From Felis catus (Eukaryota), in contig NC_058372.1 in NCBI RefSeq assembly GCF_018350175.1, positions 119,226,001-119,290,000 on the forward strand: DNA of 64,000 nucleotides, written 5' to 3'. The number at the start of each line of letters is the position of its first letter. Position 1 is the first letter of the stretch. This document shows, in pieces, positions 1-13,143 of the stretch. A program made the position numbers and the translations under genes. The notes under the pieces were generated by a model that had not been told where the DNA came from, did not search any database, and was given only the letters and a program-made list of their open reading frames with translations.

Positions 1-35
1 AATTAAAAAAAAAAAAAAAGCAATTCTATTGGTGT

Positions 36-250
36 TTTATTTTTATTAAAAAAAATTGTTAAATGCTTATTTTTGATAGAGAGAGCACAAGCAGGGGAGG
101 GCAGAGAGACAGGGAGACACAGAATCTGAAGTAGAATCCAGACTCTGTGCTGTCAGCACAGAGCCCAACGCCAGGCTCAAACTCACAAACTGTGAGTTCA
201 TGTCCTGAGCCAAAGTTGGACGCTCAACTGACTGAGCCACCCAGGCGTCC
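36..250 (-). mobile_element. Can-SINE
   Basis: Reverse complement of GGGCGCCTGGGTGGCTCAG head, (CT)n tract and A-rich tail; flanked by ct(a/t)(c/t)tggtgtttt. Confidence 0.92.
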
Positions 251-259
251 CAAGCCTAC

Positions 260-575
260 TGGTGTTTTTAGAACATGCATAAACGTGTGTAGCCATCACA
301 TCACTTTTAGAACATTTCATTACCCCCAAACAAAGCCCACACCTACTAGCAGTCACTTTTCATTTCTCTGCAACCTCTCCAGCTGTAGGCAACCGCTAAT
401 CTACTTTATGTTTTCATAGGTTTGCCTATTCTGTACATTTCCTATGAATGGAATCATATGAGCTCTCTCGTGACTGGCTTCATTCTCTTAGCATGTTGCC
501 AAGGTCCATCCATATTTTGGCATGGATCAATACATCATTCCTTTTCACTGCCAAATAAGACTTCACTGCATAGAT
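260..575 (-). mobile_element. Old L1 3' fragment (L1M-type)
   Basis: Typical antisense L1 3' sequence (ttgcctattctgtacatttc..atggaatcata..ggcttc). Confidence 0.75.
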
Positions 576-1089
576 AGGAGCAATTCTCTCCTGGCTCAAT
601 GACATCTTTCTTTTTCCTTTTCCTCTATCAACTAGATCTCTAGAAAAACTGTCTCACAGCCAACACAGACATAATGAATGAGGAAATGTTTCTCATTGAC
701 TCTCTTCGGGAGGCTCCTTCCCAAACATACATAGATTTATAGCATTCCCCTTAAGCCTCAAAACTCATGCAAGCCTAACCTAAGCCTTCTCTGTGTTTTT
801 TTTCAAGGATCCTTTTTTTCCTCTTCAGAGAATTAGCCAATTATTTACAAACACTACCAGTTTTCCTCATCTCTTTACTCAAGCAACTAAATTAGTGAAA
901 GTTCCTACAGGTGAGATAACTGGGCTCCATTCATCCAAAGAGCTGTTGCTGCTGCTGGATTGGCTGGAATTTCTTTAGAGAAAGGGCACAGTGACTGTTA
1001 ACTCAGCTCTGTGTTGAGTGAAGAATGAAAAGAAATTTGCAAATGATGGAAGAGAAAGATACACAATAATTCAACAAGATTAACCATGG

Positions 1090-1265
1090 CTAACTGGTAT
1101 TTCCAAAGCATTGTTTTACATTTATTTTCTCAGTTGATTCTTACAACAAATCTCTGAGGTAGGTTCACTTGTAATTCTGATATTTCACATGAAAAAATTG
1201 AGGCATAACAAGAATCAGTAACCTGCTTAATCTAAGAGCTAAAATTTGAAACTACATCTTACAGC
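1090..1265 (-). mobile_element. MIR
   Basis: MIR core-like (ttcacatgaaaaaattgaggcat..agtaacctgc). Confidence 0.6.
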
Positions 1266-2654
1266 CCATATTTTTAAAACACTAAACCATATTGCTTCAT
1301 TGTGTAACAAAAACTCAGGGCAGGTGAGCCCAATCCATTAACCTTTTTGCAGACTCTACTCTTAGGATGAGGAAACAGACCTGGGATGACTATATGAGTA
1401 GATCAAGGTAACACAGATGAATAGCTCAGTCCTTTTCTCTCTTATTCTGCCAATAGTGATATCTAAGAGACAACAATGGTTGGTCTTTCTGATGACAAAA
1501 CATGAGAAATAAAGGAGCCAAATGACTTTACTGCAAAAACATATATACAAATAGATGGACTATAATTATAGCTAACTATAAATTGACATCAAAAGCTTAT
1601 GATCATTGCATTTTGGGCTGGAATCAACCATGTTATTCTGATAGCTGCTGTCTACTTCAGTCTCCAGCACCTGGCTGGAGTTAACAAGCACTAAAGCACT
1701 GTTGATGAATATTTTTGAAAGATCAGAATTCCCAGTTTTATTGCTCAGAATAACAATAACTCATTATCTATACCTGCTCTATCAAGTCCTCAAGTATAAC
1801 ATGTGAGGCTAGTAGCTTAGAACAGCCACTGTAGAAATATAGAACATTCTACCACAGCATAAAGTTCTATTGAATAGTGATCATGTAGACATCTCGGCAA
1901 TTACTTTTCTATGAAAACATATAAACACTATAAAGGGAAAGAAGGAAAGAGAGGATCAAAGTGCAATACTCATAATGAGGATATTCTCAAGACTTTCTGG
2001 AGAGCACAAATAAAAGAACAAAGGGAATTGTGAAATTGTAATTGTCAAACACTTCCCCCAGGTAATACCGGACACATTGCAGAATCCTAGATTCCCATTA
2101 AGCATACATCTCATGCTCTATAAATCGAACACAAACGAAGCTATAGAAATAGTTTCACTTTTTGAACTGGGAGTACGAGCATAAAACACTGGACTTCCCT
2201 CCACCCCTTGCGCCCAAAATATACGTTCCCAGAGGGGCAAGACTGTGTATTTTTTGTGAGCTACTCTAGTCTCGCTACCTGGTTATGTAAGAGGTGCTTA
2301 ATAAATATCTGTAGACTGAATGAATAAATGTACCTATTTCCTAAAAGAACACACACCTAGTCTGAGGATAAATAATACCAATTCTAAGATATTAAATGCC
2401 AGTGTCTTCTTTTAGATCCTAAATGTACAGGCTTACTACTGCCTTAGGGCCTTTGAGGAGTTTTCTATCCCTAGAAGGCTCTTCCCGTGATCTCCACATG
2501 ACTGGCTCCTTTACTCCAGCAAGGTCTCATCGCACGCTAGAGAAGTCTTTGCTGACTATTCGGATCTGAAGTGAGAAGTCACCACTCTTGCCACTTTCTG
2601 TTTATCTAATTTCCTTTATCATGGTACTAATCGTCATTTAAAACAATCTAGTTA

Positions 2655-2900
2655 GGGGCACCTGGGTGGCTCAGTCGGTTAAGCGTCCGACTTAGGCTCA
2701 GGTCATGATCTCACTGTCTGTGGGTTTGAGCCCCGCGTCGGGCTCTGTGCCGACAGCTCAGAGCCTGGAGCCTGCTTCAGATTCTGTGTCTCGCTCTCTC
2801 TGACCCTCCCCCATTCATGCTCTGTCCTTCTGTCTCAAAAATAAATAAACATTAAAAAAAAAATTTTTAAAAACCTTTAAAAAAATATAAATAAATAAAA
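2655..2900 (+). mobile_element. Can-SINE
   Basis: Full head, (CT)n and A tail; TSD atctagttag. Confidence 0.95.
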
Positions 2901-4099
2901 TGATCTAGTTAGTGTGTTGTTTATTATCTGTCCCTACCTTGGGGATATAAGCACAAGACAACCTTGTCACCTTGTGGAATTTGCAGTATCAGGTGCATAG
3001 ATGTTCCACGAACATGAAGGTGATCACTCTATGGCCGTGAGCATTCTCTATCTAAACCAAATTAACCCAATACTTTAGCTCAGCATCTCTGTCCGTTGCA
3101 CTATTATACTATTCGGCTTCATTCACAATACCAAGGATTACTTTTCACCCTTCTCATACACTAAACTTTCAAATTAAATGGAATCGTGGCAAACTTTACT
3201 CAGACTTCCTGCAGATGTTTCATATAATTTATTTTTCCACCCCCAGCACTGAACTAAAGTTTGGTATCCTAACCAAAACTATATGTAACTGTTTTATCGG
3301 GAGCAGCACAAACCAAAAGTAGATACAACTGCGTTATCGGGAGAAGCACAAGTAAAAAGCTTAAGAAAAATGATGCAATCATTAATGGGTTACAATGGTA
3401 TTATATTAACTTCTACAGAAAGTTTGAAACTAGAGCATAATTCTTAATTAGTCACAGTCTGAGACGAACTTCTCAAGGCGGCCTGAAAAGCAGAGGGCGT
3501 CCACATCACAAGACACTGCTGAACACCTGCTAGAAGCCTCTGCCCGCGTGAGGCTGAGGCTGCCCCCAGAAGAAACGTCCACCTGCAACATTACTCAACA
3601 GCATGGCACTTCATCATCATTTTCTTCCAGATTCTGTTCGAGTTTTAAATTATATACAGTTACAGCTAAAATACAATTATCTGAATTAAACAAAATATGT
3701 ATAGAAGAGCCAAACAAATACAAGAAACTTGAGAGGAAAAATAAATAAAGCATTTGACCAGAAAGGTAATGTTATTTTTTCCTCTGTGTCTGAATTTTTA
3801 CAAAGTAACGACCTAAAAAACAAGAAGCCGGGGTTCCGGGGAGGACCTTGAAATATTTTACGTGTTTTTAAAGGTCTTCACGTAAACCAATTAATGACGC
3901 GTACGGAGAAGATCAAAGAAAGTTAGGTCGTCTTCAGGCCAAACAAAACCAACTACAAGCTGCCCCCGAATAAATGCATATGGTTCCTTTACTGCAGCAT
4001 CTATTTTCAGTTCCTCTGTATTCGGGAAGAGAACTTTAAACTGTGTCTTCTAACTCTGTAAGTTGCAAAGAGGAAGAGGTCACTCGAAGTCCTGCTCGC

Positions 4100-4660
4100 T
4101 CCAGGCAGAAGCAGGATTCTGGAGCTCCGCCCCAGCGGGCCCCGGCGCCGGCCCCGCCCGAGGGTGCGCGGGAGCCAGCGCGGCCGGGGAGGCGGCGGGG
4201 ATGCGGCGCTGCGGGCGCAGGGCTCGCGGAGCCGGCAAGGCCGGCGGGACCCGCTTGACCGGGGGCGTGAGCAGCGGTGGCGCTCCGGGGCTGGGGCAGC
4301 GCCCGCCTTCCGCCTCCCGACCACAGCCGCAAAGCGCAGGGCGGCGGCCACCTGACCACGCTCACAAACAAGGAGGCGCGGCAGCCGCCGGGAGTTCGCG
4401 CCTCTGGGGCTCCGGGCCAGGGACCACCCCCCTCCCCAGGTTCCTCTTACCCCAGCCTCCTCGGCTTTCTCCTCCTCCTCCGCCGGCCTCAGGCACCCAC
4501 CGGCCCCAGAGCCCCCAGCTAGATTCTCAGCTGATGGGCGGTGGCGCTGGGACGCCCAGTGCGCATGCCCGCAGTACAGCGCTGGGAAGGAGGCGGGCCT
4601 CGCTCCCTTCCCGTTGGCCAGCGGGATTGAGTGACAGCCGTTCTGCTACGCCCCCTGGGT
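4100..4660. promoter_or_regulatory. CpG island / housekeeping promoter of a minus-strand gene (inferred STX7)
   Basis: Very GC- and CpG-rich stretch in an AT-rich background. It has GC boxes (GGGCGG near 4536) and an NRF1-like TGCGCATGC at about 4560-4568. STX7 lies immediately upstream of TAAR9, on the opposite strand, in human and mouse. Confidence 0.8.
4451..4560 (-). other. STX7: Putative non-coding exon 1 of syntaxin 7; the intron runs off the left end of the window
   Basis: Minus-strand donor GGG|GTAAGA at 4450, with an alternative TTT|GTGAGC near 4367, inside the CpG island. No STX7 coding exon is visible in the window. The identity comes from synteny only and the TSS is approximate. 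Confidence 0.5.
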
Positions 4661-5929
4661 TTCTAAGCTGGGAATGGGGGTACTAAGAAAATTGCAAGGG
4701 AGGTTGTTTTTTGTGTTTTTTTGTGGGTTTTTTTTTTTGAGGCCTTGAATTATGGAAGGCTAACGCCTTAGCCAACCTGCAATAAACAAGGTGAGGGAAT
4801 GAAGAAGCCGTCTTTATCGGGTGATGGCGGCCTCCCTACACTCGGGTCTTGAGCCCGCCCCATCAGGTCCTGCCCATCTTGTCCTTAGTCTGCAAGTAGA
4901 ACGTTTTCACAGATACATTAAAAAATACTAACGCAAATATGCAATCCTAGCAGGAACAATGACAGCATAAGTGAAGAGTCACCTCCGTGTGCCCACTTAG
5001 TAGACAAGTTTTCATAGCACGTACAGGCCATTCTAAGAATTTCTGAAGGATAGAGAGTAGTTTTAACGGGGTTTGAAAAGAGCAGAGAATGTTCTGATGA
5101 TAAATATTCAAACGTAATGTAATTGTTAGATAAAAGCATCGATTGCTTTTGGTGAAAGACATATTCGGCAAATTAATTAGAAGATGAAAAGACTTGGCCT
5201 TTGCCTGTATTAAGGCCTCACTCACTATTTTCTGAAAAGATCTTCAGGACATGAAAGGTCTAGATGCACTAACGTGCTAAAAACCACAACCAGAATATTT
5301 TGAATTGGTACCCCCTGAGAAAATTCTAGGTTGTTTAGCATTATACATACATATATACTTAAGGGAGTGAGGTCAGACAGCAATAAGAAACACAAGGGTC
5401 TCTCGGGTTATTTTTAATTGTTCTACTTTTAACAGAAAAATGGGAACAAGAAATGTTTCCTATTTCACATCTTTCCTGAAGAAAACTACAGTGCAAGTGT
5501 TTTAATAAACAACAACTTATATTCTGCCTCTGAAAAGGGGACAATAGAGTGAGAATACTGCCCAAACAGAAGGCACTCATCCCATCTAAAGACAGCACGA
5601 TTCAGCTAGCACCAAGTGCAGACTTCTAGGAAATTCAGATTTTTATGTGAAATGCCCTTTTTCAATATTTTTAAAATTTTATAAAATATTATGAGATCAG
5701 ATAAAGTAAGTATTTCAACTTCTATAATAGGCAATAGTTTCAACCATAGAGTATTAAAAAAAAAACTGGAGGGGTCCTTATAGAAAATCTAGCTCTACTT
5801 CCTCATTTAGGAAGAAGATTATAGAAACTGAAAACCAAAGAAACTTCATCAAAACACACAAATAATTATGAGCAGCACAAGTCCAGATGACTTCATTCAG
5901 AATCCCCAATTCTTCCCACCATTATCTTC

Positions 5930-6900
5930 CACTCAACAAATATTCATTGAGAACCTGCCGTGTGCCAGGTACTGTTCCCAGAGCAGTACATATCCAGGTG
6001 AGTAAGGTGTATAGTATTTTCCCTCAAGGAACTTAAGGAGTGAGATTCTTCCCAGGATAGTGGAAGAGGTGCTGTGATAAAGATTTAGTAGGCAAGTGCA
6101 AACTTTTAGGGATCTCTGTATAATTTTACTTAGATGAAGCATAGGGGATGGGCTGGAGGGACATAAGATTGGAAAGGCAAGTGGAGTTTATATAATGAAA
6201 AGCCTCTACATCGTGTTAGATGAGTATTTATGAGGAGTTAAACTATTAAAGGATTTTAAGCCAAAAGTGTGATATGCTCATAATTCTATTTTATGAAGAA
6301 AACTCTGGAGAAATGGGGGAAATTTAACGGAAATAATATTGAGAATGGAGAGGAAGGGAGAGAGAGAGAGTGAGAGACTGCAGCCTTTTAGAAGGCTACT
6401 GGAATTGTAGCACATCCCCAATTTAGAATGTCCCCAATAGCAGAGATGTTGAAGGACTTCCTAAGGCAAATGCATTGGGAAAGAAACAGTAAGGCCTGCT
6501 TTGCGAAATATTTAGGGAGACTTGGAAATTAATTAGATATGAAAAATGGAAGAGAGGGCTACTATTTTCAGGACTTGCAAAACTGAGTTGAATATGATGT
6601 AGTTATCTGAGATCTAACATTGCTAATAAAGTAATTGCAGTTTGAGGACGAAGGTGGTGGAATGGGGGAGCAAAGCTACCTATGTTTAGCTTTGGACGGG
6701 TTGTAGTTAAGATCCTGGGGAAGTGATATCCAGTTTTGAGATGTGCCTCCCTTCAAGCACCCTCCGGGTACTTGAAAACGTGAACTAGAGTTCAAAGTAG
6801 AGTTCTGGTTGGAGCTGTGGGAGGAGATGAGGTCACTAACTTTAAGTATGGACTGTTATGGACTCCTGGGTTTAAGGGGAGCTGAGAAAGAAAAACTCTG
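5930..6900 (-). mobile_element. LINE-2 fragment
   Basis: L2 3' terminus signature (ccactcaacaaatattcattgag..tgtgccaggtactg) followed by decayed L2 body. Confidence 0.7.
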
Positions 6901-8077
6901 AAAAGGAGTGATCAGACAGTTAGGAAGTAAACCAGGAAAAGGTGAAGTAGAGAATGAAGGAAAACATTTCAAAAAGAGGAAATGCTCTATGATATCACAT
7001 GTCACAGAAAGTTCAAGTAAATTAAGAACCAAAAGTTGTGCATTGGACTTGAGAATTAGGAAATGGTTGGTGAACAGGAAAAGGAACTTCAATCATTCAA
7101 GGAACTATCATGGAAAGAACTCATAAGGCCTGATGCATATTTCAAACTTCCTGTTTCCTTTGAGAGAACCCAGGGCTTTGGGAAGGAAGAAATGCAACAG
7201 AAAACCTGAGGCTAGGTGGCCTCCTTAGGTTATGCTTCTGCTTACCGATTGAACCAGGACAGAGGGTCAGCTGTCTGAATCCTCCTCCTGGGCTCTTTCC
7301 AATTCCTCATGTTTTAAAATATGTTATGAATGGACTCCTTTCGGGTCTTTTGAAAACCTACAAGATGTCACCCCTTTGTATTCAAATGAAAAAAATACGT
7401 AGGGTGTGGGTAACCCTGCGAAATTTAGAGGCACAGAGGGAAAATGAATTCCCAAAGCGTTCCTGACATTTGGAGCGTCCCATCTGAACATCTACCTGCT
7501 ACTGAGACAAATTCAGCCAGCGTCCTTGAACCCAGTAGGGCTCAAAAATTCTGCCTATTTAATTGGCAGTCATTTCACTTCTCAAGCAAATCTTTTACAC
7601 TTGCAGGAGTTACTTACATGTGAAGCCTTGTAATTGGATTTTTGAGAGCTAGTAATTTTGGGAATTTGGGTCTTATTGGAAAGATTTTAAAGGGCATTAG
7701 AAGTCCTTGAGTGGGAATTGTATCAGTGTATTTGTTGTGTCCTTATTAATATAAATACCCCCTCTGCTAGGTAGGATAGGGAACTTTCCCCTGTTCTATC
7801 TCTAGCCTTTGGAAGAAAAATTGTAGTGAATGGAAGGGAATAATTACCTGTTCATTCAATAGTCCATGAACTAAAAATAATTTTTAAAAAACCACCATGT
7901 GATCTTGGGGGAGAGCCAGAGAAGTAAAAGATACAAAAAGAAAAATCTAGCAAGACAAGGAATTTATTGGCAAATGAGAGGTACAATTTGAGTTGTAAAA
8001 GTGTGTTTTTGATTGATAATAAAATGGAAAAACCACAGCTGTTCTAAGAAATCTATGCTAGATTAAAAGGCAGTTTA

Positions 8078-8265
8078 GGGCGCCTGAGTGGCTCAGTCAG
8101 TAGAGTCTGACTCTTGATTTCAGCTCAGGTCATGATCTCACAGTTCATGAGATTGAGCCCCACATTGGGCTCTGAGCTGAGAGCAAGGAGCCTGTTTGGG
8201 ATTTTCTCTCTCTCCCTCTTTCTCTCCTCCCACCCCAAAATAAATAAATAAATGTAAAAAAAAAA
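8078..8265 (+). mobile_element. Can-SINE
   Basis: Head, (CT)n and polyA. Confidence 0.92.
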
Positions 8266-8793
8266 GCAGCTTAAATTAATATCTAATAAATAAGAGTTTG
8301 TTTCATTATTCCTTATTTTTAAGCACCTCCATCCATGTTCCTCTGCTGTTTTCTAAAACCACACAAGTGCCTAGTGATATGCCAAGTACAGAACAGATTT
8401 TTCTGACTTTTAAACACAGATGTAATAGACATCCCATAGAAATCTTACATGAACAATTATAATATGATGATCTGTAAGTTCAATCCTAATTTTGCCTCTA
8501 AATTTTGTTGATATGTCCCTCTGTCTGTGTCTCAGTCTACTGCAGCAGCCTCCTCATTGGTGTCTCTATATACAGTTTTACTCAACCTTATTATCCTCAA
8601 GGCCACCACTGACCATTGGAAGGAGGGATCTCCATCACTCAGGCTTCATGCTTTCCCCATGCCCCCAAATGTACCCTTAAAAATAAAAGTGGTTGAACTG
8701 AGCAGAGGTGGGATGTTGTATAGGTTGGAGGAAGGAATCAGAGAGGGGCATCTATGGAGAACCATCTGGGAAGCCATATTGTGATACATTCTT

Positions 8794-9024
8794 TATTTCA
8801 AAACAAATTTTTTAATGTTTATTTATTTTTCAGAGAGAGAGAGACAGAGCCTGAGCAAGAGAGGGGCAGAGAGAGAAGGAGACACAGAATCTGAAGCAGG
8901 CTCCAGGCTCTGAGCTGTCAGCACAAAGCCCAATGCGGGGCTGGAACTCAAGAACTGGGAGATCATGACCTGAGCTGAATGAAGTCAGATACTTAACAGA
9001 CTGAGCCGAGCCACCCAGGCGCCC
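8794..9024 (-). mobile_element. Can-SINE
   Basis: Perfect 19-bp TSD catattgtgatacattctt (8775-8793 and 9025-9043). Confidence 0.95.
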
Positions 9025-9119
9025 CATATTGTGATACATTCTTGAAGATTCACATAACACATTTGTAAATTAAAGGCTCTGAGATGTGGTTCAGCAAAGT
9101 AACAAGGATAACTTTCTTT

Positions 9120-9318
9120 CTTTGTTTTTTAAGCTTATTTATTTATTTTTAGAGAGAGAGAGCATGGGCAGAGATAGAGGGAGGGAGAGAGTCCCAGGCA
9201 GGCCCCATACCATCAGCGCAGAGTTGGATGTGGGGCTTCAGTTCACAAACTGTGAGACCATGACTTGAGGTGAAATCAAGAGTCAGACGCTTAACTAACT
9301 GAGCTACCCACGCGCCCC
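9120..9318 (-). mobile_element. Can-SINE
   Basis: TSD aaggataactttcttt. Confidence 0.93.
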
Positions 9319-9447
9319 AAGGATAACTTTCTTTAACTTAGTTTTTTCTGTATTTTATATTTATTGGCTGTAAGGACCTTCAAAATACATGTTACAGAAA
9401 ACATTGCTCTCAAAATCAGGTCCAAACCCCTTCTCATGGTGCATTAA

Positions 9448-9590
9448 TAGGGTGACTGGTCATATGTCCTAGTTTGCCTAGGACAGTCCCAGTTTATGCT
9501 TGTTGTCCCAGTCTCTTGTCTGCGTAGCACCCCATTTCATTCTCAAAAGTGTCCCCGTTAGATAATACATTACATGGGTCACTTTATATA
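9448..9590. mobile_element. MER94-like hAT (Blackjack) MITE
   Basis: Termini tagggtgac...ggtcacttta with internal tgtcc..ggacagtccc and ctcaaaagtgtcc typical of MER94 (recalled consensus). Confidence 0.7.
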
Positions 9591-9759
9591 TCAGGACCTA
9601 CCTGATTTGGACCCTGCCCTTCCCTGCATTGAAATTTATGCTTTGGAATATGCCAGCTTAAAGAACTCCATATTTTTCTGCTCTCACCGCCCTCCTACCA
9701 GTGCGAACCACATACCAGGGTTTTTCTTATTTTTGTGCTTTTCTCAGGCAGTTCCCTTT

Positions 9760-9940
9760 TAAAAGAATTTTTTGAGTTTATTTTATTTACTTTGAGAGAG
9801 AAAGAGAGAACATGAGTGAGGGAGGCCCAGAGAGAGAGGGAGAGAGAATCTTGGGGCTCTATCTCATGAACCTTGAGATCAGGACCTGAGCCAAAATGAA
9901 CAGTTGGATGCTTAACCGACTGAACCATCTAGATGCTCTT
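9760..9940 (-). mobile_element. Can-SINE
   Basis: Antisense SINE body, decayed head. Confidence 0.88.
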
Positions 9941-10847
9941 TAGGCAGCTCCCTTTAACCAGAATATGTTCTCTCCTCCTCCTCATTTTTTAAGTAAATTA
10001 TTTAGAATAATTGCAGACTTGCAGAAGACTGGCAAAGACAGTAGAGTTCCCTCATATACCCCACCCAGATTCTCCTAATGTGAACTTAATGATGGTACGT
10101 TTGTCAAAACTAAGAAATTAACACTGGTATAGTAGTAGCAACTAAACTATTGATTTATCTCATTAATGTCCATTTTCTGTTCCAGGATCCAATCCAGGAT
10201 ACCACGTTTTACTTACACAGTATGTTTCCTTTGTCTTCTCCGATCTGTGACAGTTTTCTGTCTTTCCTTTTTTTGTTGTGACCTTGTCAAACTTTTTTAG
10301 AATGCGCCTCAGTTTAGGTTTGTCTGATGATTAGACTGGACTGTAGATTTTTGGAAGGAATACCATGGAGGTGGAGTGTTCTTTTCATATCTTGTCATGG
10401 GATACGTGGTATCAGCAGGATCCATTACTGGTGATGTTAATCTCGATCACTTGGTTAAGGTGATATTTGTGAGGTTTCTCCAAAGTGAAGTTGGTATTTT
10501 TTCCATTTCCATATTATATACTCAGTAGAAGAGAATCACCATGTCCAGTTCACAAGTAAGAGGAGGAGGATTGAATTTCACCTCCAGAGGGGAGAAATGT
10601 TAAAAATTTATGCACATATGTTGAAACTATGACAGTACTTAATAAATATTTGGAGAGAGTTTCTTTGAGGCTGTGCATATATCTAGTTTTCCCTTAAAGT
10701 TTTGCCTACTGGTTTTCGCATTCATCAGTATATTTTGCCTACAACAGCTTTTACTGTTGTGTTCTAAAGGTGATTCTCTATTTCTTCTGTAAGGAATATT
10801 TGTCACTTCTCCCAAATTTATTTTTTTTTCAAGAATTTATTTATATT

Positions 10848-11060
10848 GGGGAACCTGGGTGGCTCAGTTGGTTGAGCTTTGGACTTTGGCTCGGCTCATG
10901 ATCTTACAGTTCATGGGCTCGAGCCCTGTGTCAGGCTCTAAGCTAACAGCTTAGAGCCTAGAGCCTGCTTCAGATTCTGTGTCTCCCTCTCTCTGCCCCT
11001 CCCTTGCTCGTGCTCTCTGTCTCTGTCTCTCTCTCTCAAAAATAAACATGAAAAATAATT
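10848..11060 (+). mobile_element. Can-SINE
   Basis: Head, (CT)n and tail. Confidence 0.92.
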
Positions 11061-11384
11061 TTTGTATCAATATAGATTTATATATATTTATTTTACTTTT
11101 TATGTTATAATTAAGTTACTTTCACCATTGGGGATATTTTTAGGTTAGCTCCTATGTCATTTTTTTTTTTTCCTAGCACTTCTTTACTTGTTACAACAAG
11201 TTGCTCCAAGCTCAGTCATTTTACTATGGAACTATTGTTCCTTTCATCAGAAAATTATATTTAGAGACCAAGGCTGGATTCTCATTGTACTGGGGTATCA
11301 TTACTTTTATGCCCTCTCAATGGACAGAGCTAGGAAATCTATGCATGTTAACTCATGCATACACATGTATCCATAATTTTATCT

Positions 11385-11387
11385 GGT

Positions 11388-11425
<38 letters not shown>

Positions 11426-11452
11426 ATCTATCTATCATCTATCTATCTATCA
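11385..11452. repeat. (CTAT)n microsatellite
   Basis: Direct reading. Confidence 0.95.
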
Positions 11453-11616
11453 ACATAAGTTCACATAGGTATTTCCAACTCTAATCTGACATCACAGCGT
11501 TATTTTTACCCTTCCCTGCTTCCCTATTGTTAGCAAATTTCTCTAACAGTGAGGAACCTGGCTCTCCTTATCTATAACTCAAGTACTTACTTGTGCAATG
11601 TAGCTTCAGAATTCTT

Positions 11617-11836
11617 GTTGTTTTAATTTATTTTAATGTTTATTTTTGAAGCAGAGAGAGAGACAGAGCATGAGCGGGGGGACTGGCAGAGAGAGAGGGA
11701 AACACAGAATCTGAAGCAGGCTCCAGGCTCTGAGCTGTCAGCACAGAGCCCGACACGGGGCTCAGATTCACAAACTGTGAGATCATGACCTGAGCCGAAG
11801 TCAGATGTTTAACCAACAGAGCTACCCAGGTGCCCC
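11617..11836 (-). mobile_element. Can-SINE
   Basis: TSD cttcagaattc. Confidence 0.93.
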
Positions 11837-12059
11837 ACTTCAGAATTCCTAATTCACAGTTCTGTGAATTAAAAACTGGAGGACAGTGTTTATGGGCAAT
11901 TCTTTTTGTCGTTAGCCTTACAATATGGAGTCAAAACAGTGTTTTCCAAAAATTACCAAGATCAGTTCTTTTTCCTCACTCCCTTCATTGAAGTTGTTAT
12001 ATTTGTGTTGCAGTTAGATTCATTTGTCACACATCTGCATTCCACCTGGGAGCCACCAA

Positions 12060-12062
12060 ATT

Positions 12063-12113
<51 letters not shown>

Positions 12114-12173
12114 TATTTTTTAGAGAGAGAGTATGAGCGGGGAAGAAGAGCAGAAGGAGGAGAAGGAGGGAAG

Positions 12174-12212
<39 letters not shown>

Positions 12213-12332
12213 CTGATCCCATGAGCTTGATCCCATGACCCTGAGGTCATTACCTGAGCTGAAATCTAGTTGGATGTTCAACCAACTGAGCTCTAGTTGG
12301 ATGTTCAACCAACTGAGCCAACAAGGCACCCC
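12060..12332 (-). mobile_element. Can-SINE with (TATT)n tail and an internal 27-bp tandem duplication
   Basis: tctagttggatgttcaaccaactgagc at 12265-12291 and 12292-12318. Confidence 0.9.
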
Positions 12333-12397
12333 AATTTTTTTATTTTAAATTTGAGTGAAGTGTACACTTTGTGGTACATAGTTCTATGGATTTTTGA

Positions 12398-12605
12398 AAA
12401 AAAAATTTAATGTCTATTTTTGAGAGACAGAGACAGAATGCAAGTGGGTTAGGGGCAGAGAGAGAGGGAGACACAGAATCCGAAGCAGGCTCCAGGCTCT
12501 GGACTCTCAGCACAGAGCCTGATGCGGGGCTCAAACTCACAAGCCGTGAGATGGTGACCTGAGCCGAAGTCGGGAGCTCAACTGACTGAGCCACCCAGGT
12601 GCCCC
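12398..12605 (-). mobile_element. Can-SINE
   Basis: TSD agttctatggatttttga. Confidence 0.95.
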
Positions 12606-12839
12606 AGTTCTATGGATTTTTGACAAATGCATGGAGTGACCCCAGGACCATGCAGAATAGTTTTATCTCCTTAAAAATTCCCTTTTGCTATAACTTTTAG
12701 TCAGTTTCTCCCCAGCCTTTGTCAACCACTTATGTTTTCTGTCCCTATAGTTTTGCCTTTTCCAAAACAGAAATTGATACAATATGAGGTCTTTTGGACC
12801 TGACTTATTTCATTTAGCAGCTTCCCCCCCCCCCCCCCC

Positions 12840-13143
12840 AAAGGCAGACTGCCCCAGGCAGCACTTCATTTGCATGTGTCTGGAGTCTTAGAACCTTGAC
12901 TACCCTGCTTTCTCCCTACAAAAGGACCCTGAGAGCTTATTTGGAGACTCTAGCAGGGGAGCTCAGCTACCTGTACCTTGACCAAGACCGGCCTCCCTCT
13001 ATGCAGGAGGATCTGACTCTTCAACTGAGTCCGCTGCTTCCAAAGGGACCCACATGCAGCGGTGAGGGAGGAAGGGAACATGCACCAATCCAGCCAGATC
13101 AGCGGAACCAATGCTGGCGATCAATGGGGTGACAGATGTCGCA
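12840..13143 (-). pseudogene. 7SK snRNA retropseudogene
   Basis: The reverse complement aligns along nearly the whole recalled 7SK sequence (TGCGACATCTGTCACCCCATTGATCGCCAG ... CCCTTCCTCCCTCACCGCT ... CTCCCCTGCTAGA ... AAGACTCCAGACACAT ... GGCAGTCTGCCTTT). About 20 nt of the 5' end are missing and there are many substitutions. It is inserted in an L1. Confidence 0.92.

Noticed and set aside
2655-2730. tRNA-like A/B-box sequences in SINE heads
   Set aside because: These are tRNA-derived Can-SINE heads, not tRNA genes.
4007-4686. Several overlapping 60-207 aa ORFs on both strands
   Set aside because: Stop-poor GC-rich CpG island; the translations are low-complexity Gly/Ala/Arg/Pro with no recognisable domain.
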